This document shows positions 13,021 to 26,500 of a stretch of DNA of 64,000 nucleotides, piece by piece. The notes under the pieces are model-generated. The model was not told where the DNA came from. It made no database searches and saw only the letters and a list, made by a program, of their open reading frames with translations. The first letter of the stretch is position 1. Each line of letters starts with the position of its first letter. The stretch is from Callorhinchus milii (Eukaryota). Location: positions 35,714,001 through 35,778,000 of the forward strand of contig NW_024704743.1 in NCBI RefSeq assembly GCF_018977255.1, read 5' to 3'. The position numbers were made by a program, and so were the translations under genes.

Positions 13021-13779
13021 TTGTGTGCAGGCTTTTTATTTCCTGCACGTGTAACCTGCACTGTATCAAAGAGGCTTGACTCCAGCATCAGCAAGGCCAG
13101 CCTCAATCCAAGGTGACCTTCATCCGTCACAGACTATCCAATGACTCGAATATTCATCACATGTGACAAAGGAGTTCAAGTAGATTTCTCAAATTCTTTC
13201 CAATCAATTTGACATAACAACCAGGAAGACTGGTTGTGAGTTTAGGCCGCAGAATTGCATCTGGTTTTATGCTTATTCTTTTGACATTTAAGATTGGCAG
13301 AATTTTGGAAAATTCTGAGATTCAGTCCTTATTAGGAAACTGGTTTTCCGTAGTTTTTTTTAAGAACTGGGAAACGAGTTTTCAAATTGAAAGTGATTTT
13401 CTTTTAAGATCCAAATTTCTGCAGAAGCTATTTATATTTTAAGACAATGGGCTCAAGGTTCAGATCAGGATAAATGTTGGACCTTTGATTACAAAATGGC
13501 TATTTTGTATTGGTAACAGAATGCAACCTTTCACCTAAAGGAGACTGCTTTTGGACTGTGCATTCAAGCCGGCACAGCCCATTTTGCACAGGAAAAGATT
13601 TTTACTTTCTAAATGAAGCTTGCTAATCAAGTGTTGAATTGATGAGCTGCCCCGATGGCTCATTTGGTAAACCCAGTGTGAAACCAAGCCACACAAATCC
13701 AGAGAGACCACATTTGATTGGAGGCTTTATAGAGTTGGCCAACCTCAGGTGGAATTGTTACATCTGAGTTCAGTTTATG

Positions 13780-14470
13780 GAACTCAGTAAATACTGCAAT
13801 AGATTAGTACAGTGGATCAGTAAATACTATCCATGTACAATACTTGCAGTGACTTGTAAATACCATATACATAAGGTGTAGTACAGTGACTTGGTGAGTT
13901 ACCAGGCCAAAAAGGGTTAAGGTACGAGGAAACGCTGCGTAAACTTGGATTGTATTGCCTCGAGTTTAGAAGATTGGGGGTTGATTTGATAGGTTTTTAG
14001 GATGATAAAGAGATTTGATAGGGTAGATACAGAACAACTATTTCCTATGTTGGGGGAATGCAAAACAAGGGGGCATAGTCTTAAAATTAGAACCAGACCA
14101 TTTAAGAGTGAAATTAGGAAGCACTTTTTCACTCAAAGGGTGGTAGAAATCTGGAAATCTCTCCCCCAAAAGGTTGTGGATGCTGGATCCATCCACACCT
14201 TCAAGAAAGAGATTTGACAGATTTTTGGTAGGTCGGGATATTAAGGGATACGGGGAGAAAGCGGGAAATTGGATTTGAAATTCTAGTAAAGGTATAGATC
14301 AAACGTGATCTAATTAAATAGCGGAACACGCTCGACGGGTTGAATGGCCTACTCCTGTTCCTATGTTCCTAATGTGGTATAATACAGTAACTCAGGAAAT
14401 ACTGTAATATGGTGTAGTACAGTGACTCAGTATGTACTGTAATCTGGTTTATTGAAGTGCAGTATGTATG
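13780..14470 (+). repeat. degenerate ~35-bp minisatellite (tggtgtagtacagtgactcagtaaatactgtaata) split by a CR1 fragment
   Basis: Units visible at ~13780-13900 and ~14370-14470 on both sides of the CR1 piece. Confidence 0.65.
13905..14369 (+). mobile_element. CR1 LINE 3' fragment (ORF2 C-terminus plus 3' UTR)
   Basis: ORF 14002-14217 ...KTRGHSLKIRTRPFKSEIRKHFFTQRVVEIWKSLP is the typical CR1 ORF2 end; terminates in ggcctactcctgttcctatgttcct. Confidence 0.92.
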
Positions 14471-17400
14471 ACCTTTCTGATTTATCTTGAACTTTTCCCC
14501 CTACCAATTTAAATCTTCACTCCTTTTGATTTAAGGAGTAACTTCTGGTGGCTACATTTGTAAAATATTGCAGTTGTGTCCACCGCTATCTTACTCTTAA
14601 GATCTCCTCCCACACCAATGCAACTGAGTCTTACCATCTGCACATCATCAGATGGACACAGAGTTAATGTTCTCTCTTCCTGTCTCTTCCGCTGTTGTGA
14701 ACTGCTGCTTAACACTGGGATGGTACTCTGGAGCAAAAGGCCAAAGGACAGGACCTTTGAGTTTTTAAGGAGCTGTCATGTGGGGTGGGTGTGTACTGGG
14801 GGGAGGGGAGCAATTCCTCTCTGTTCTATTAACAGAAATGACCACTGAATGAGAGGAGGGTGAGGTGGCATTTAAACCGGGGGATGCAGTAGCTTCAGGC
14901 ATATTTGAGGGAAATGATTTTGAACGTTTGCCGAGAAGATGCTCTGTCTGGGCATATCTCCAAGGCTCTAAACTGAGATATGTGCTATGGATGACTGACC
15001 TCTAAATCGAACAACAATAAATTCAGCAAGTGCTTACTGCAGCGTGGCCAATAAAATATTTTGGATGTGCGTGAACACTGCATTATATGTATGTTTGTGT
15101 ATGTGTGTAATGTGTGTGAACATAGTGTGTGCATGAATACTATTGTGTGTGTGTGTTTGTGTATATGTGTGTGTGTATTTGTGATCCCTCCTGATGTGAA
15201 AGGCGCTGTACATATGTAATTTGTTGTTGTTGTTGAGTATACACTATTTTGCCTGAGGGCACTGAACTGAGAGGATGAGTAGGAAACTGGAACTGAGGGA
15301 AGACGTGTAACAAATTCTCCTGTGAATGACTAAATATTCTGACGTCTGAATGCCCAGGATTGCGTACTACTTGAAAAAAGCCTCCATTAGAAATTGATAA
15401 AGCAACACATTTCTCATCGTATTACTGTTCCTCCTATCATATATATTTGAGTACTTTGTGAATTGCTCAAACAGGTTCAAGGTTTCAGATTATCTTAAAA
15501 ATTGGGAATGTCTTTTTGCCTTTTTTGAAGTTGTGCTCAGCAGGCACTGGCCTGCTTCATATCCCCCCACCACCAGCCTGACCATCGGTGGGCAGGCATT
15601 CAGTCTTTCTGGCCCCACTCTGGAACACCATCTCTATCTCTTTCACAGCACTTTCGGTTATCTTTCCCCTTCCACCCCCAGCTCGAGTGCCCAGCCAGTA
15701 GTGTTAACACTTTGGGACGTCTTCCCAACATGAAAGGCGCTGTTAAATGTAATTTGTTGTTGTAAATGTAACTTTGTATTGTAACATGAAAATGTTGACC
15801 AGCTCCACAACCTCCATGTTGCTATTCCATGATATAACATCCTTGTGAAATTGCTGTAAGATTTTTGTACTCTTTTAACTTGAAGTCTTTTTAAAAGAAA
15901 TACGTATACCAGCGCCATTGGGAAGGTTTTGGGTTCAAGCCCCATGTCAGGACTTTGAACTCAAATTGTCTACGCTGACACCCCCAACACTGGGGGTTCT
16001 ATTGGCTTCTTGTGGCTGTACAAACTACTAAACATAATAACAATCCTTAACTTTGATAATGCGCCTTTCACATAGAGTGGATGTCTCAAAGAGCTTCACG
16101 GGATATAGCTTTTAGTGTAGTGACTATATTTTGTAGGCGAATGTGGCAGCCAATTTGCGCACAGCAGTGTCTCACAAACAGCCATGAAAGGAATGACTGA
16201 TTCCATGATTGATGCTTTAGGACGGGCAGTTATAATAGTACCACTGCACACATCGTGCTGAGACTGGCTGTTTTCTCTCCCCTCTCTCCATCCCCTGCTC
16301 TAGAACTGTGCCTTCATGTTGGAATTTGTGTGTTGCATAACTGGATGTTGGTAACTGAAGGTTGTGTTGTGTTCATGAATAAAAACAACTTGGCAAAAAT
16401 AACACAACTTTTAATGTTCAGCATGTGATCAATCCCGAGTGAATAGTTCTATCCATGCTGTACCAAGTTTCCCCCCCGATCATCGCCATCACTGCGGAAG
16501 TGTCAGCAGCTAGTCACGTGTGTCCGACAGGCACTTTCTTGCACTATTCTGTGGTGTGCATCATGATTAGGAGGTGGGGTTCAGAGGGATGGTTGGCTCC
16601 TTTACCTGTATTCCTGCTCTTAAGTTTAAGTGTCTAATCTTCACACCTGTAGAATGGTGGAGTAATTGTGTCACTGTGCCCTACCTCCATGATGTGATTG
16701 CAGGATTCCTTAGTGCCCAGAGCATAATAAACCTTGCACAGGTTTAATCTGTCTCATTTGAGCTCCAGGTTTGACTACAAATACTATTGTTTCTCTTATC
16801 CAGGAAGCATTGTAGTACAAAGTGAGTGAAGGGTTCAATGGTTTAATCTCAGGGGTTGGACAGCCCTCCAATAAATAGCTAAACTTTGCACTCGGTTTTA
16901 TGAGGTAACCTGCCGAACCCATTCATTGAATTGCAGCCTTGTTACTAATGCCTACTGTTCAGCATCTAACTTTTGGTGTCAACGATAACCTGGTTGTATT
17001 CCTTAAATGGTAAGAAAAAAGTTTTCTTTTTTTTAAAAAAGAAAACTCACGAATGCTGTAAATCTGAAGTTAATGGCTTCTGCTGAATGGTGAAGGTGAA
17101 ACATTAAACCTATCTAAAACGGCGTGTGGAAAAATATGGTCATCCTGATCCATTGATCCTCCTGGAAATATAAATCATTTGTAACCGTCTCGCTCTCAGA
17201 GCCGTCAATTCAGTGTTGTGGAAGCGGTCGGTGCTTTATCAAGGCGAGTCATCTGGCTTCAGTGTCACACTAGTAACGCAGTTAGCAAGGGCTGGAGACT
17301 GTACACCTGCTCGGCTATATACTGCTCCCATGTGTGTGCCACAGTGGTTCCCTCTCATTAAATAATTTCAGGGCACAGAAATTCCCACAGTTGCTCTGTG

Positions 17401-18189
17401 CAAGTTCTGCCTTTCTACCTGCCTACCCAGTGCCACTCACTTTGTCTGCATCTCTCCGGCTTTCCTCCCTCGCTTCTGAGGAAGTATAAAAGCCTGTGGG
17501 AATTTTTGGAAATCTTATGTTGTAAAGCAGAAAAAGTACTGGAAAATGCACAGCAGGTCTCTCAGTCATTGAACGAGATCAAGGTGTAGGGTTCCAGATG
17601 GGGCCACTCACCAGAACTTAATGGTTTAGTGAAGAGTCACACCCGAATCATTAACATTGTGATGCTGGTTGACCTACAGTGTTTTTCTCTTGCATTCATT
17701 TCCGTTCCTGTCCTGGGAAAAACAGTAATTCTGATTACTTTCAAACCTTTTCTGGGACCCCCACTCCGAGTGCACATCATCAGATATGTTTGTGCGACTG
17801 CACTTCCTTCTATCTTTCCCTCTATCTCAACGCTTTCCTGCCCCAACCCTCCCCCTGCACCCAACCCACCCCCCGAGAAGTGGTCTCACGGGGCTTCCAC
17901 TTTGCACTGATTGCAGTTCAAGCTCAGCTTTATTCTAATAACAAGGGACCAGAATGCTAAAGCCACTACTTTTTAAGTTTTTGATGCTGGGATAGAGACC
18001 CTATGCCATTGGTTTATTACCTATATCAGACTTGATGCCTCCATTGGGAGGTGACCGATCAGAGCTCTGAATGTGTGCTGAGCCGTACAGGGCAAGCGAC
18101 ACTCACGTTCAGACTACCTGTGACCTGTGCAGACCTCTTGTACCACTAAACATGCCATTGGTGCCAATCACACCACTATGGTGTAGTTA

Positions 18190-18530
18190 TCCCTTAATCC
18201 CTCTCTCTGCTCAGTGGGCTCCGGCCTGCTCCATGTCCCTAGCCCGGCCCACCCAACATCGGCAATCAGGCCTTCAGCCTCTCTGCCCCCATCCTTTGGA
18301 ACTCCATCCCACAGTCTCTTCACCTCTCTCCCTCCCTTACCTCCTTCAAGGCCCGTCTCAAGACGCTCCTCTTCGACTGCGCCTTCGGTCACCCTTCTTC
18401 ACCTACCCTCCCTGCCCTACATCCCTCTTGATCTCAACCCCCAGCTCGGGTCCAGCGAGCTGACTGTCCAGCGCTTTGGGACATCCTCCCGAGGTGAAAG
18501 GCGCTGCACAAATATAATTTGTTTTGCTGT
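18190..18530 (+). mobile_element. L2 LINE 3' end (also in duplicate copies at ~22123-22463 and ~26059-26399)
   Basis: ...ggccttcagcctctctgccccc...ccttcaaggcccgtctcaagacgctcctcttcgac...agcgctttgggacatcctcccgaggtgaaaggcgct tail; homologous to 33700-34008. Confidence 0.85.
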
Positions 18531-20964
18531 TATTATCAACCAACTTTCTAAGCACTCTGCCGTCATTTTTGTGTGACTCTTGAATTCCCGTTAAGAAATG
18601 CAGAAATCCATAATGTGGACTAATTGGAAACAGTTGAACTCTCCTACTTTCTAGCGCAGTCAGTTTGAGTTGTGCCACGCACGTCTGATTACTGGAAGGA
18701 GTCCCCACTCGGATTTCTTAATCAAAGAAACCCTGTGAAGAAGGAGTGCAGAGTTTAACACTGCGTATGTGCGTTCTTATGAAGCTCTCCAAGGGGTTAC
18801 CCTGCATGAAGGGTGCTAAATAAATACAAGTTGTTATGTGTGTGTGTATGTGCGCTCACACAAGCCTACTTGATATCTTGCAGATCCTGATGACGGGTTA
18901 TCGTTGAGTGTGAGGAACTATTTTAACAGCCACATCATTATAATTCTGCAACTTTACCAAATTGTACCACTAACAGATTATTTCAGTTCAACCATTTTCT
19001 TCCCAGGAGTGGGAACTAACTAAAGTGAATGCTGACGAGTTCAAAATAACTAAAGAGACAAATTTAGAGCTTCCTGCTTCGTGTGTTTCTGCTTCTGTTG
19101 GTGTTTTTGTTTCGGTGCGTGTGTGTGTGTGTTTGTGCGGGTATCTGTATCTTGGTGAATGCATGTCTATGTTTCTGTGTGGGTTTTTGCATCTGTATAT
19201 ATATATATATATATACACATATATATGTGTGTGCGAGAGAGAGAGAGAACCTGAGAGATGTGAGCGTTGTGACTGTGAGGTTGGGTTCTGGTTTAGGGCC
19301 TCGCTGTGCTGCTGAGATGGCAGAGGCAGTAGCTGCTGATGGCAGACAACAGATGCAGGCTTGCTCCACACACCCAGTGCTGGAGGAGCCTTTGGCAGTT
19401 CCCACAGTTTTAACTGTCTCCATTCTGAAGGAGCGATTTTTAAAAAAAAATAAAAGGTGACTGCTGCAGGGCTTAGGAAGGTCATCAGCAGGCCAGCCGG
19501 GAAAGCTGCTTTATCCAGAGCCCTGCCTGCCTTTTTTTTTTACCCCCTCACGTACACTTTGCACTGAGTGTCCTGCTAATCACTAACCTATCAAAACAGA
19601 AACGATTATGCATGAAGACTGCAATCCCATCTTAATCATATGAGCTACCAACTGCCCGGGGAGGGGAGGGAGGGTGCTTGGCTTAAATACTCCTTTCACA
19701 AAAGGTGGAACAATGCAATATTGCATGCGTCTCCTTCCTAACGTTTCTTTAAACGCTGTCTCGCATTGATAAAATCAGTTCCATTTTATCTCTTATCCTC
19801 TCCCCCTCCCCAAAGAAATGCGAACACATAGATAGGATCATAATGGTAATTATATTGATGGTAACCGATTCAGATATTTGAGAACAATTGATCTCCCAGT
19901 GTGGGTAGCTATCTTATCAGAAGTTGTCCTCGTCTCAGCAATCACATGGACCTGCTTCACGTCTCCCACCCCTCCATCGCTGGGCAAGCTCCGAGCCATG
20001 TGGCCCCCCCCACTTCTCTCCGTCCCGGAGTCCCTGCATCTCATCAACTCCCTTTCCACTTTCAGACTCATCTCTTCGACTGAATTGTCAGCCACATTCC
20101 CCCTTCCCCGCCTTCTTCCTTTCTTTCAGCCCCCCTCCCCGATTCAGGCTCCAGACAGTTGTGTGAAGCGCTTTGAATTGAGAAGTCCTCACGACGTGAC
20201 AGACTAAATAAATGTAAATTGTAATTGTGAGAACCATCATTTCTACAGGAGCCATTAAGCAAGAAAAAAACTTTTCTCTCTGGGTGTAAATGTGCTCAGG
20301 GTAGCAACAGCAGGGAGGCCAAGGCCAGCCAGCCAGCCAGCGGTACGGGACCTGTTAAAACAAGCAGAGCTCATGCAGACTAGCAGTTTGGGAAATGCTG
20401 ACTCAAACTGTGAGCGAGCGATGTTTCCATCACTGTCCTGTACTAAATGCAGTGCTCTCCTCGTTCCAATTACAGGGTGGGGTCACGTTGGCAGGAGCCT
20501 ACTTCATCTTTGCATAGTGGAGTCAGAGTGCTGCTGCAGGTTTGCCACACTCGTCTGTTTCCCTTTTAAAAACCTCACTTGCTTGCTATTGCGCAAATTG
20601 GTTGCCGTGTTCGCCCCCAAAACACAAAGTCACTCCACTTGACAGTAAATCCTGTGAAGCGCTTTGGGACATCATCCCGACTTGAAAAATGCTATATGAA
20701 ATGTAAGGATTATTATTGCTGCGTCTTTTCTGCTGCTTTTATTTCCCACCTTGAAGTTTGTAATCAGCTATGTGAATGAGAAAAGAAATTATGAAACAAA
20801 GTCACAGAAACTTTGTAACTTTTTAAAAATAAAAGTTTATTTTTTAGTCGGCTAGTTACCTGGAGCTTGTGCTTTACAGTTACGATAATGATCCTTTCCC
20901 CACTCACATTCTCTGTCTTACTAACTTTCTCCCTCTCCCTTCCCCCTTCCCCCGCTTGTAAAAT

Positions 20965-21180
20965 CATAGAATCTTACAGCACAGAAGGATGCTATTCGGC
21001 CCATCGTGCCTGTGTGGCTCTTTGAAAGAGCTACCAACTAGTCCCACTACCCCGCTCTAATCTAATAGCCTGCAGATTTTTCCTTTTCAAGTACTTATCC
21101 AATTTGCTTTGAAAGCTACTATTGAATGTGCTTCCACCGCCCCTTTCAGGCAATGCATTCCAAATCGTAACATCTTATGT
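20965..21180 (-). mobile_element. CR1 3' UTR fragment, minus strand (duplicate at ~28836-29050)
   Basis: atcatagaatcttacagcacagaagg...ttcggcccatcgtgcctgtg...gcattccaaatcgtaac is the reverse complement of a CR1-type 3' end. Confidence 0.7.
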
Positions 21181-22107
21181 TGCACGGTTTCTTTCCCACC
21201 CTCTCTTGAAAGTGCAGAGACAGGGTAGGTTACGCAGGTACCAGCTGGCTTCCAGTACCTCACCGGGTGGCCATGTTTAATGCTGAATTTAGACAACCAA
21301 GAGGGGTTGCTAAGGAAGGATCACTCTGTCTAGCATTGATTGCTTAAAATATTGTTCTTTTGGATGGGCAAATCCTACTGTAAGGAGATTGCTATATTTA
21401 GTGATGGCGTATGATAGGTTCCGGTCACTTGTCAGCAGATCCTTTGAACATTTTAGGGTTCAGAGCCGAGCCCTGTCCTCACCGAGCATCCAAGTGCATT
21501 CTTCAGCAACAGCTGCTGGTAGTGACTGAGAGCAAGAACCCTTGTACTGAGGCCAATTTATAACCCCCACCACCCAGACTGAAAACAGCTGGCTCAACTC
21601 TGTACAAAGGACGGATTGCGCCTTATGGCTAGTTTCAGACGAGGCAACAGCTCAACCAAACTGACCCATCCAGCAGCTCGGCCTTTAAGTTTAAAGCTAG
21701 AAATTTGAGGCTGTATATGTAGGCGTGGAGGAACAGACAGATCTTTGTTTCAGCATGATATTTGTGGCAGTATATTGAGACTGTAGAACACTGGGCATAC
21801 TCAAGCAGTGACTTCCCAGAGGTGCAGGGCATGGCAGCGAATTACTCCCTGTGTGTTTTGCACTGAAGATTCCTTAGATTAATGATTGAATCGAGGAAAA
21901 TTATGGCTATTCTGATACCTGATGACAGCAGCCAGCTCTTCCCTTAGTGATGACTACCTGGTTACTTCCTCACCCCGCCAGCAGTAAAATGCTTCTCATA
22001 CCCCATCAGTATCGTGCCCTTCAGACATGAGCTGAGCATCTGGATAAAACATTGTTTAAAGCACTGAAGTGGTGTAGATTGATGTCTGTTGACTGGCTTA
22101 TAGAGTA

Positions 22108-23541
22108 ACTATGGTGTAGTTATCCCTTAATCCCTCTCTCTGCTCAGTGGGCTCCGGCCTGCTCCATGTCCCTAGCCCGGCCCACCCAACATCGGCAATC
22201 AGGCCTTCAGCCTCTCTGCCCCCATCCTTTGGAACTCCATCCCACAGTCTCTTCACCTCTCTCCCTCCCTTACCTCCTTCAAGGCCCGTCTCAAGACGCT
22301 CCTCTTCGACTGCGCCTTCGGTCACCCTTCTTCACCTACCCTCCCTGCCCTACATCCCTCTTGATCTCAACCCCCAGCTCGGGTCCAGCGAGCTGACTGT
22401 CCAGCGCTTTGGGACATCCTCCCGAGGTGAAAGGCGCTGCACAAATATAATTTGTTTTGCTGTTATTATCAACCAACTTTCTAAGCACTCTGCCGTCATT
22501 TTTGTGTGACTCTTGAATTCCCGTTAAGAAATGCAGAAATCCATAATGTGGACTAATTGGAAACAGTTGAACTCTCCTACTTTCTAGCGCAGTCAGTTTG
22601 AGTTGTGCCACGCACGTCTGATTACTGGAAGGAGTCCCCACTCGGATTTCTTAATCAAAGAAACCCTGTGAAGAAGGAGTGCAGAGTTTAACACTGCGTA
22701 TGTGCGTTCTTATAAAGCTCTCCAAGGGGTTACCCTGCATGAAGGGTGCTAAATAAATACAAGTTGTTGTGTGTGTGTGTATGTGCGCTCACACAAGCCT
22801 ACTTGATATCTTGCAGATCCTGATGACGGGTTATCGTTGAGTGTGAGGAACTATTTTAACAGCCACATCATTATAATTCTGCAACTTTACCAAATTGTAC
22901 CACTAACAGATTATTTCAGTTCAACCATTTTCTTCCCAGGAGTGGGAACTAACTAAAGTGAATGCTGACGAGTTCAAAATAACTAAAGAGACAAATTTAG
23001 AGCTTCCTGCTTCGTGTGTTTCTGCTTCTGTTGGTGTTTTTGTTTCGGTGCGTGTGTGTGTGTGTGTTTGTGCGGGTATCTGTATCTTGGTGAATGCATG
23101 TCTATGTTTCTGTGTGGGTTTTTGCATCTGTATATATATATATATATATACACATATATATGTGTGTGCGAGAGAGAGAGAGAACCTGAGAGATGTGAGC
23201 GTTGTGACTGTGAGGTTGGGTTCTGGTTTAGGGCCTCGCTGTGCTGCTGAGATGGCAGAGGCAGTAGCTGCTGATGGCAGACAACAGATGCAGGCTTGCT
23301 CCACACACCCAGTGCTGGAGGAGCCTTTGGCAGTTCCCACAGTTTTAACTGTCTCCATTCTGAAGGAGCGATTTTTAAAAAAAAAATAAAAGGTGACTGC
23401 TGCAGGGCTTAGGAAGGTCATCAGCAGGCCAGCCGGGAAAGCTGCTTTATCCAGAGCCCTGCCTGCCTTTTTTTTTTACCCCCTCACGTACACTTTGCAC
23501 TGAGTGTCCTGCTAATCACTAACCTATCAAAACAGAAACGA
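22108..23541 (+). repeat. extra copy of segment B (=18175-19605) between the two large copies
   Basis: Junctions gagta|actatggtg at 22107/22108 and aacga|ccaccccca at 23541/23542. Confidence 0.97.
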
Positions 23542-26500
23542 CCACCCCCAGCTCGAGTGCCCAGCCAGTAGTGTTAACACTTTGGGACGTCTTCCCAACA
23601 TGAAAGGCGCTGTTAAATGTAATTTGTTGTTGTAAATGTAACTTTGTATTGTAACATGAAAATGTTGACCAGCTCCACAACCTCCATGTTGCTATTCCAT
23701 GATATAACATCCTTGTGAAATTGCTGTAAGATTTTTGTACTCTTTTAACTTGAAGTCTTTTTAAAAGAAATACGTATACCAGCGCCATTGGGAAGGTTTT
23801 GGGTTCAAGCCCCATGTCAGGACTTTGAACTCAAATTGTCTACGCTGACACCCCCAACACTGGGGGTTCTATTGGCTTCTTGTGGCTGTACAAACTACTA
23901 AACATAATAACAATCCTTAACTTTGATAATGCGCCTTTCACATAGAGTGGATGTCTCAAAGAGCTTCACGGGATATAGCTTTTAGTGTAGTGACTATATT
24001 TTGTAGGCGAATGTGGCAGCCAATTTGCGCACAGCAGTGTCTCACAAACAGCCATGAAAGGAATGACTGATTCCATGATTGATGCTTTAGGACGGGCAGT
24101 TATAATAGTACCACTGCACACATCGTGCTGAGACTGGCTGTTTTCTCTCCCCTCTCTCCATCCCCTGCTCTAGAACTGTGCCTTCATGTTGGAATTTGTG
24201 TGTTGCATAACTGGATGTTGGTAACTGAAGGTTGTGTTGTGTTCATGAATAAAAACAACTTGGCAAAAATAACACAACTTTTAATGTTCAGCATGTGATC
24301 AATCCCGAGTGAATAGTTCTATCCATGCTGTACCAAGTTTCCCCCCCGATCATCGCCATCACTGCGGAAGTGTCAGCAGCTAGTCACGTGTGTCCGACAG
24401 GCACTTTCTTGCACTATTCTGTGGTGTGCATCATGATTAGGAGGTGGGGTTCAGAGGGATGGTTGGCTCCTTTACCTGTATTCCTGCTCTTAAGTTTAAG
24501 TGTCTAATCTTCACACCTGTAGAATGGTGGAGTAATTGTGTCACTGTGCCCTACCTCCATGATGTGATTGCAGGATTCCTTAGTGCCCAGAGCATAATAA
24601 ACCTTGCACAGGTTTAATCTGTCTCATTTGAGCTCCAGGTTTGACTACAAATACTATTGTTTCTCTTATCCAGGAAGCATTGTAGTACAAAGTGAGTGAA
24701 GGGTTCAATGGTTTAATCTCAGGGGTTGGACAGCCCTCCAATAAATAGCTAAACTTTGCACTCGGTTTTATGAGGTAACCTGCCGAACCCATTCATTGAA
24801 TTGCAGCCTTGTTACTAATGCCTACTGTTCAGCATCTAACTTTTGGTGTCAACGATAACCTGGTTGTATTCCTTAAATGGTAAGAAAAAAGTTTTCTTTT
24901 TTTTAAAAAAGAAAACTCACGAATGCTGTAAATCTGAAGTTAATGGCTTCTGCTGAATGGTGAAGGTGAAACATTAAACCTATCTAAAACGGCGTGTGGA
25001 AAAATATGGTCATCCTGATCCATTGATCCTCCTGGAAATATAAATCATTTGTAACCGTCTCGCTCTCAGAGCCGTCAGTTCAGTGTTGTGGAAGCGGTCG
25101 GTGCTTTATCAAGGCGAGTCATCTGGCTTCAGTGTCACACTAGTAACGCAGTTAGCAAGGGCTGGAGACTGTACACCTGCTCGGCTATATACTGCTCCCA
25201 TGTGTGTGCCACAGTGGTTCCCTCTCATTAAATAATTTCAGGGCACAGAAATTCCCACAGTTGCTCTGTGCAAGTTCTGCCTTTCTACCTGCCTACCCAG
25301 TGCCACTCACTTTGTCTGCATCTCTCCGGCTTTCCTCCCTCGCTTCTGAGGAAGTATAAAAGCCTGTGGGAATTTTTGGAAATCTTATGTTGTAAAGCAG
25401 AAAAAGTACTGGAAAATGCACAGCAGGTCTCTCAGTCATTGAACGAGATCAAGGTGTAGGGTTCCAGATGGGGCCACTCACCAGAACTTAATGGTTTAGT
25501 GAAGAGTCACACCCGAATCATTAACATTGTGATGCTGGTTGACCTACAGTGTTTTTCTCTTGCATTCATTTCCGTTCCTGTCCTGGGAAAAACAGTAATT
25601 CTGATTACTTTCAAACCTTTTCTGGGACCCCCACTCCGAGTGCACATCATCAGATATGTTTGTGCGACTGCACTTCCTTCTATCTTTCCCTCTATCTCAA
25701 CGCTTTCCTGCCCCAACCCTCCCCCTGCACCCAACCCACCCCCGAGAAGTGGTCTCACGGGGCTTCCACTTTGCACTGATTGCAGTTCAAGCTCAGCTTT
25801 ATTCTAATAACAAGGGACCAGAATGCTAAAGCCACTACTTTTTAAGTTTTTGATGCTGGGATAGAGACCCTATGCCATTGGTTTATTACCTATATCAGAC
25901 TTGATGCCTCCATTGGGAGGTGACCGATCAGAGCTCTGAATGTGTGCTGAGCCGTACAGGGCAAGCGACACTCACGTTCAGACTACCTGTGACCTGTGCA
26001 GACCTCTTGTACCACTAAACATGCCATTGGTGCCAATCACACCACTATGGTGTAGTTATCCCTTAATCCCTCTCTCTGCTCAGTGGGCTCCGGCCTGCTC
26101 CATGTCCCTAGCCCGGCCCACCCAACATCGGCAATCAGGCCTTCAGCCTCTCTGCCCCCATCCTTTGGAACTCCATCCCACAGTCTCTTCACCTCTCTCC
26201 CTCCCTTACCTCCTTCAAGGCCCGTCTCAAGACGCTCCTCTTCGACTGCGCCTTCGGTCACCCTTCTTCACCTACCCTCCCTGCCCTACATCCCTCTTGA
26301 TCTCAACCCCCAGCTCGGGTCCAGCGAGCTGACTGTCCAGCGCTTTGGGACATCCTCCCGAGGTGAAAGGCGCTGCACAAATATAATTTGTTTTGCTGTT
26401 ATTATCAACCAACTTTCTAAGCACTCTGCCGTCATTTTTGTGTGACTCTTGAATTCCCGTTAAGAAATGCAGAAATCCATAATGTGGACTAATTGGAAAC

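Larger units (their letters stand above)
15672..22107 (+). repeat. segmental direct repeat copy 1 (A 15672-18174, B 18175-19605, C 19606-22107)
   Basis: Near-identical to 23542-29989 at an offset of ~7870; ORF track entries are duplicated. Confidence 0.97.

Noticed and set aside
13780..14470. CRISPR-like palindromic repeats
   Set aside because: Units are contiguous and degenerate with no unique spacers and no cas genes, in a vertebrate intron
16963..17015. Possible exon ending aaATG|gtaaga
   Set aside because: 47 nt long, and the ATG would be phase 0, incompatible with the phase-1 acceptor at 32943; no other support
17841..17875. CCCCAACC/CCACCCC tracts resembling the RREB1 binding motif (autoregulation)
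   Set aside because: C-rich low-complexity tracts are frequent throughout the window and cannot be distinguished from background
18988..19485. Long overlapping ORFs (96-166 aa) in segment B and its copies
   Set aside because: Driven by (GT)n/(TA)n/(GA)n microsatellites; frames shift between the three copies; no recognisable domain
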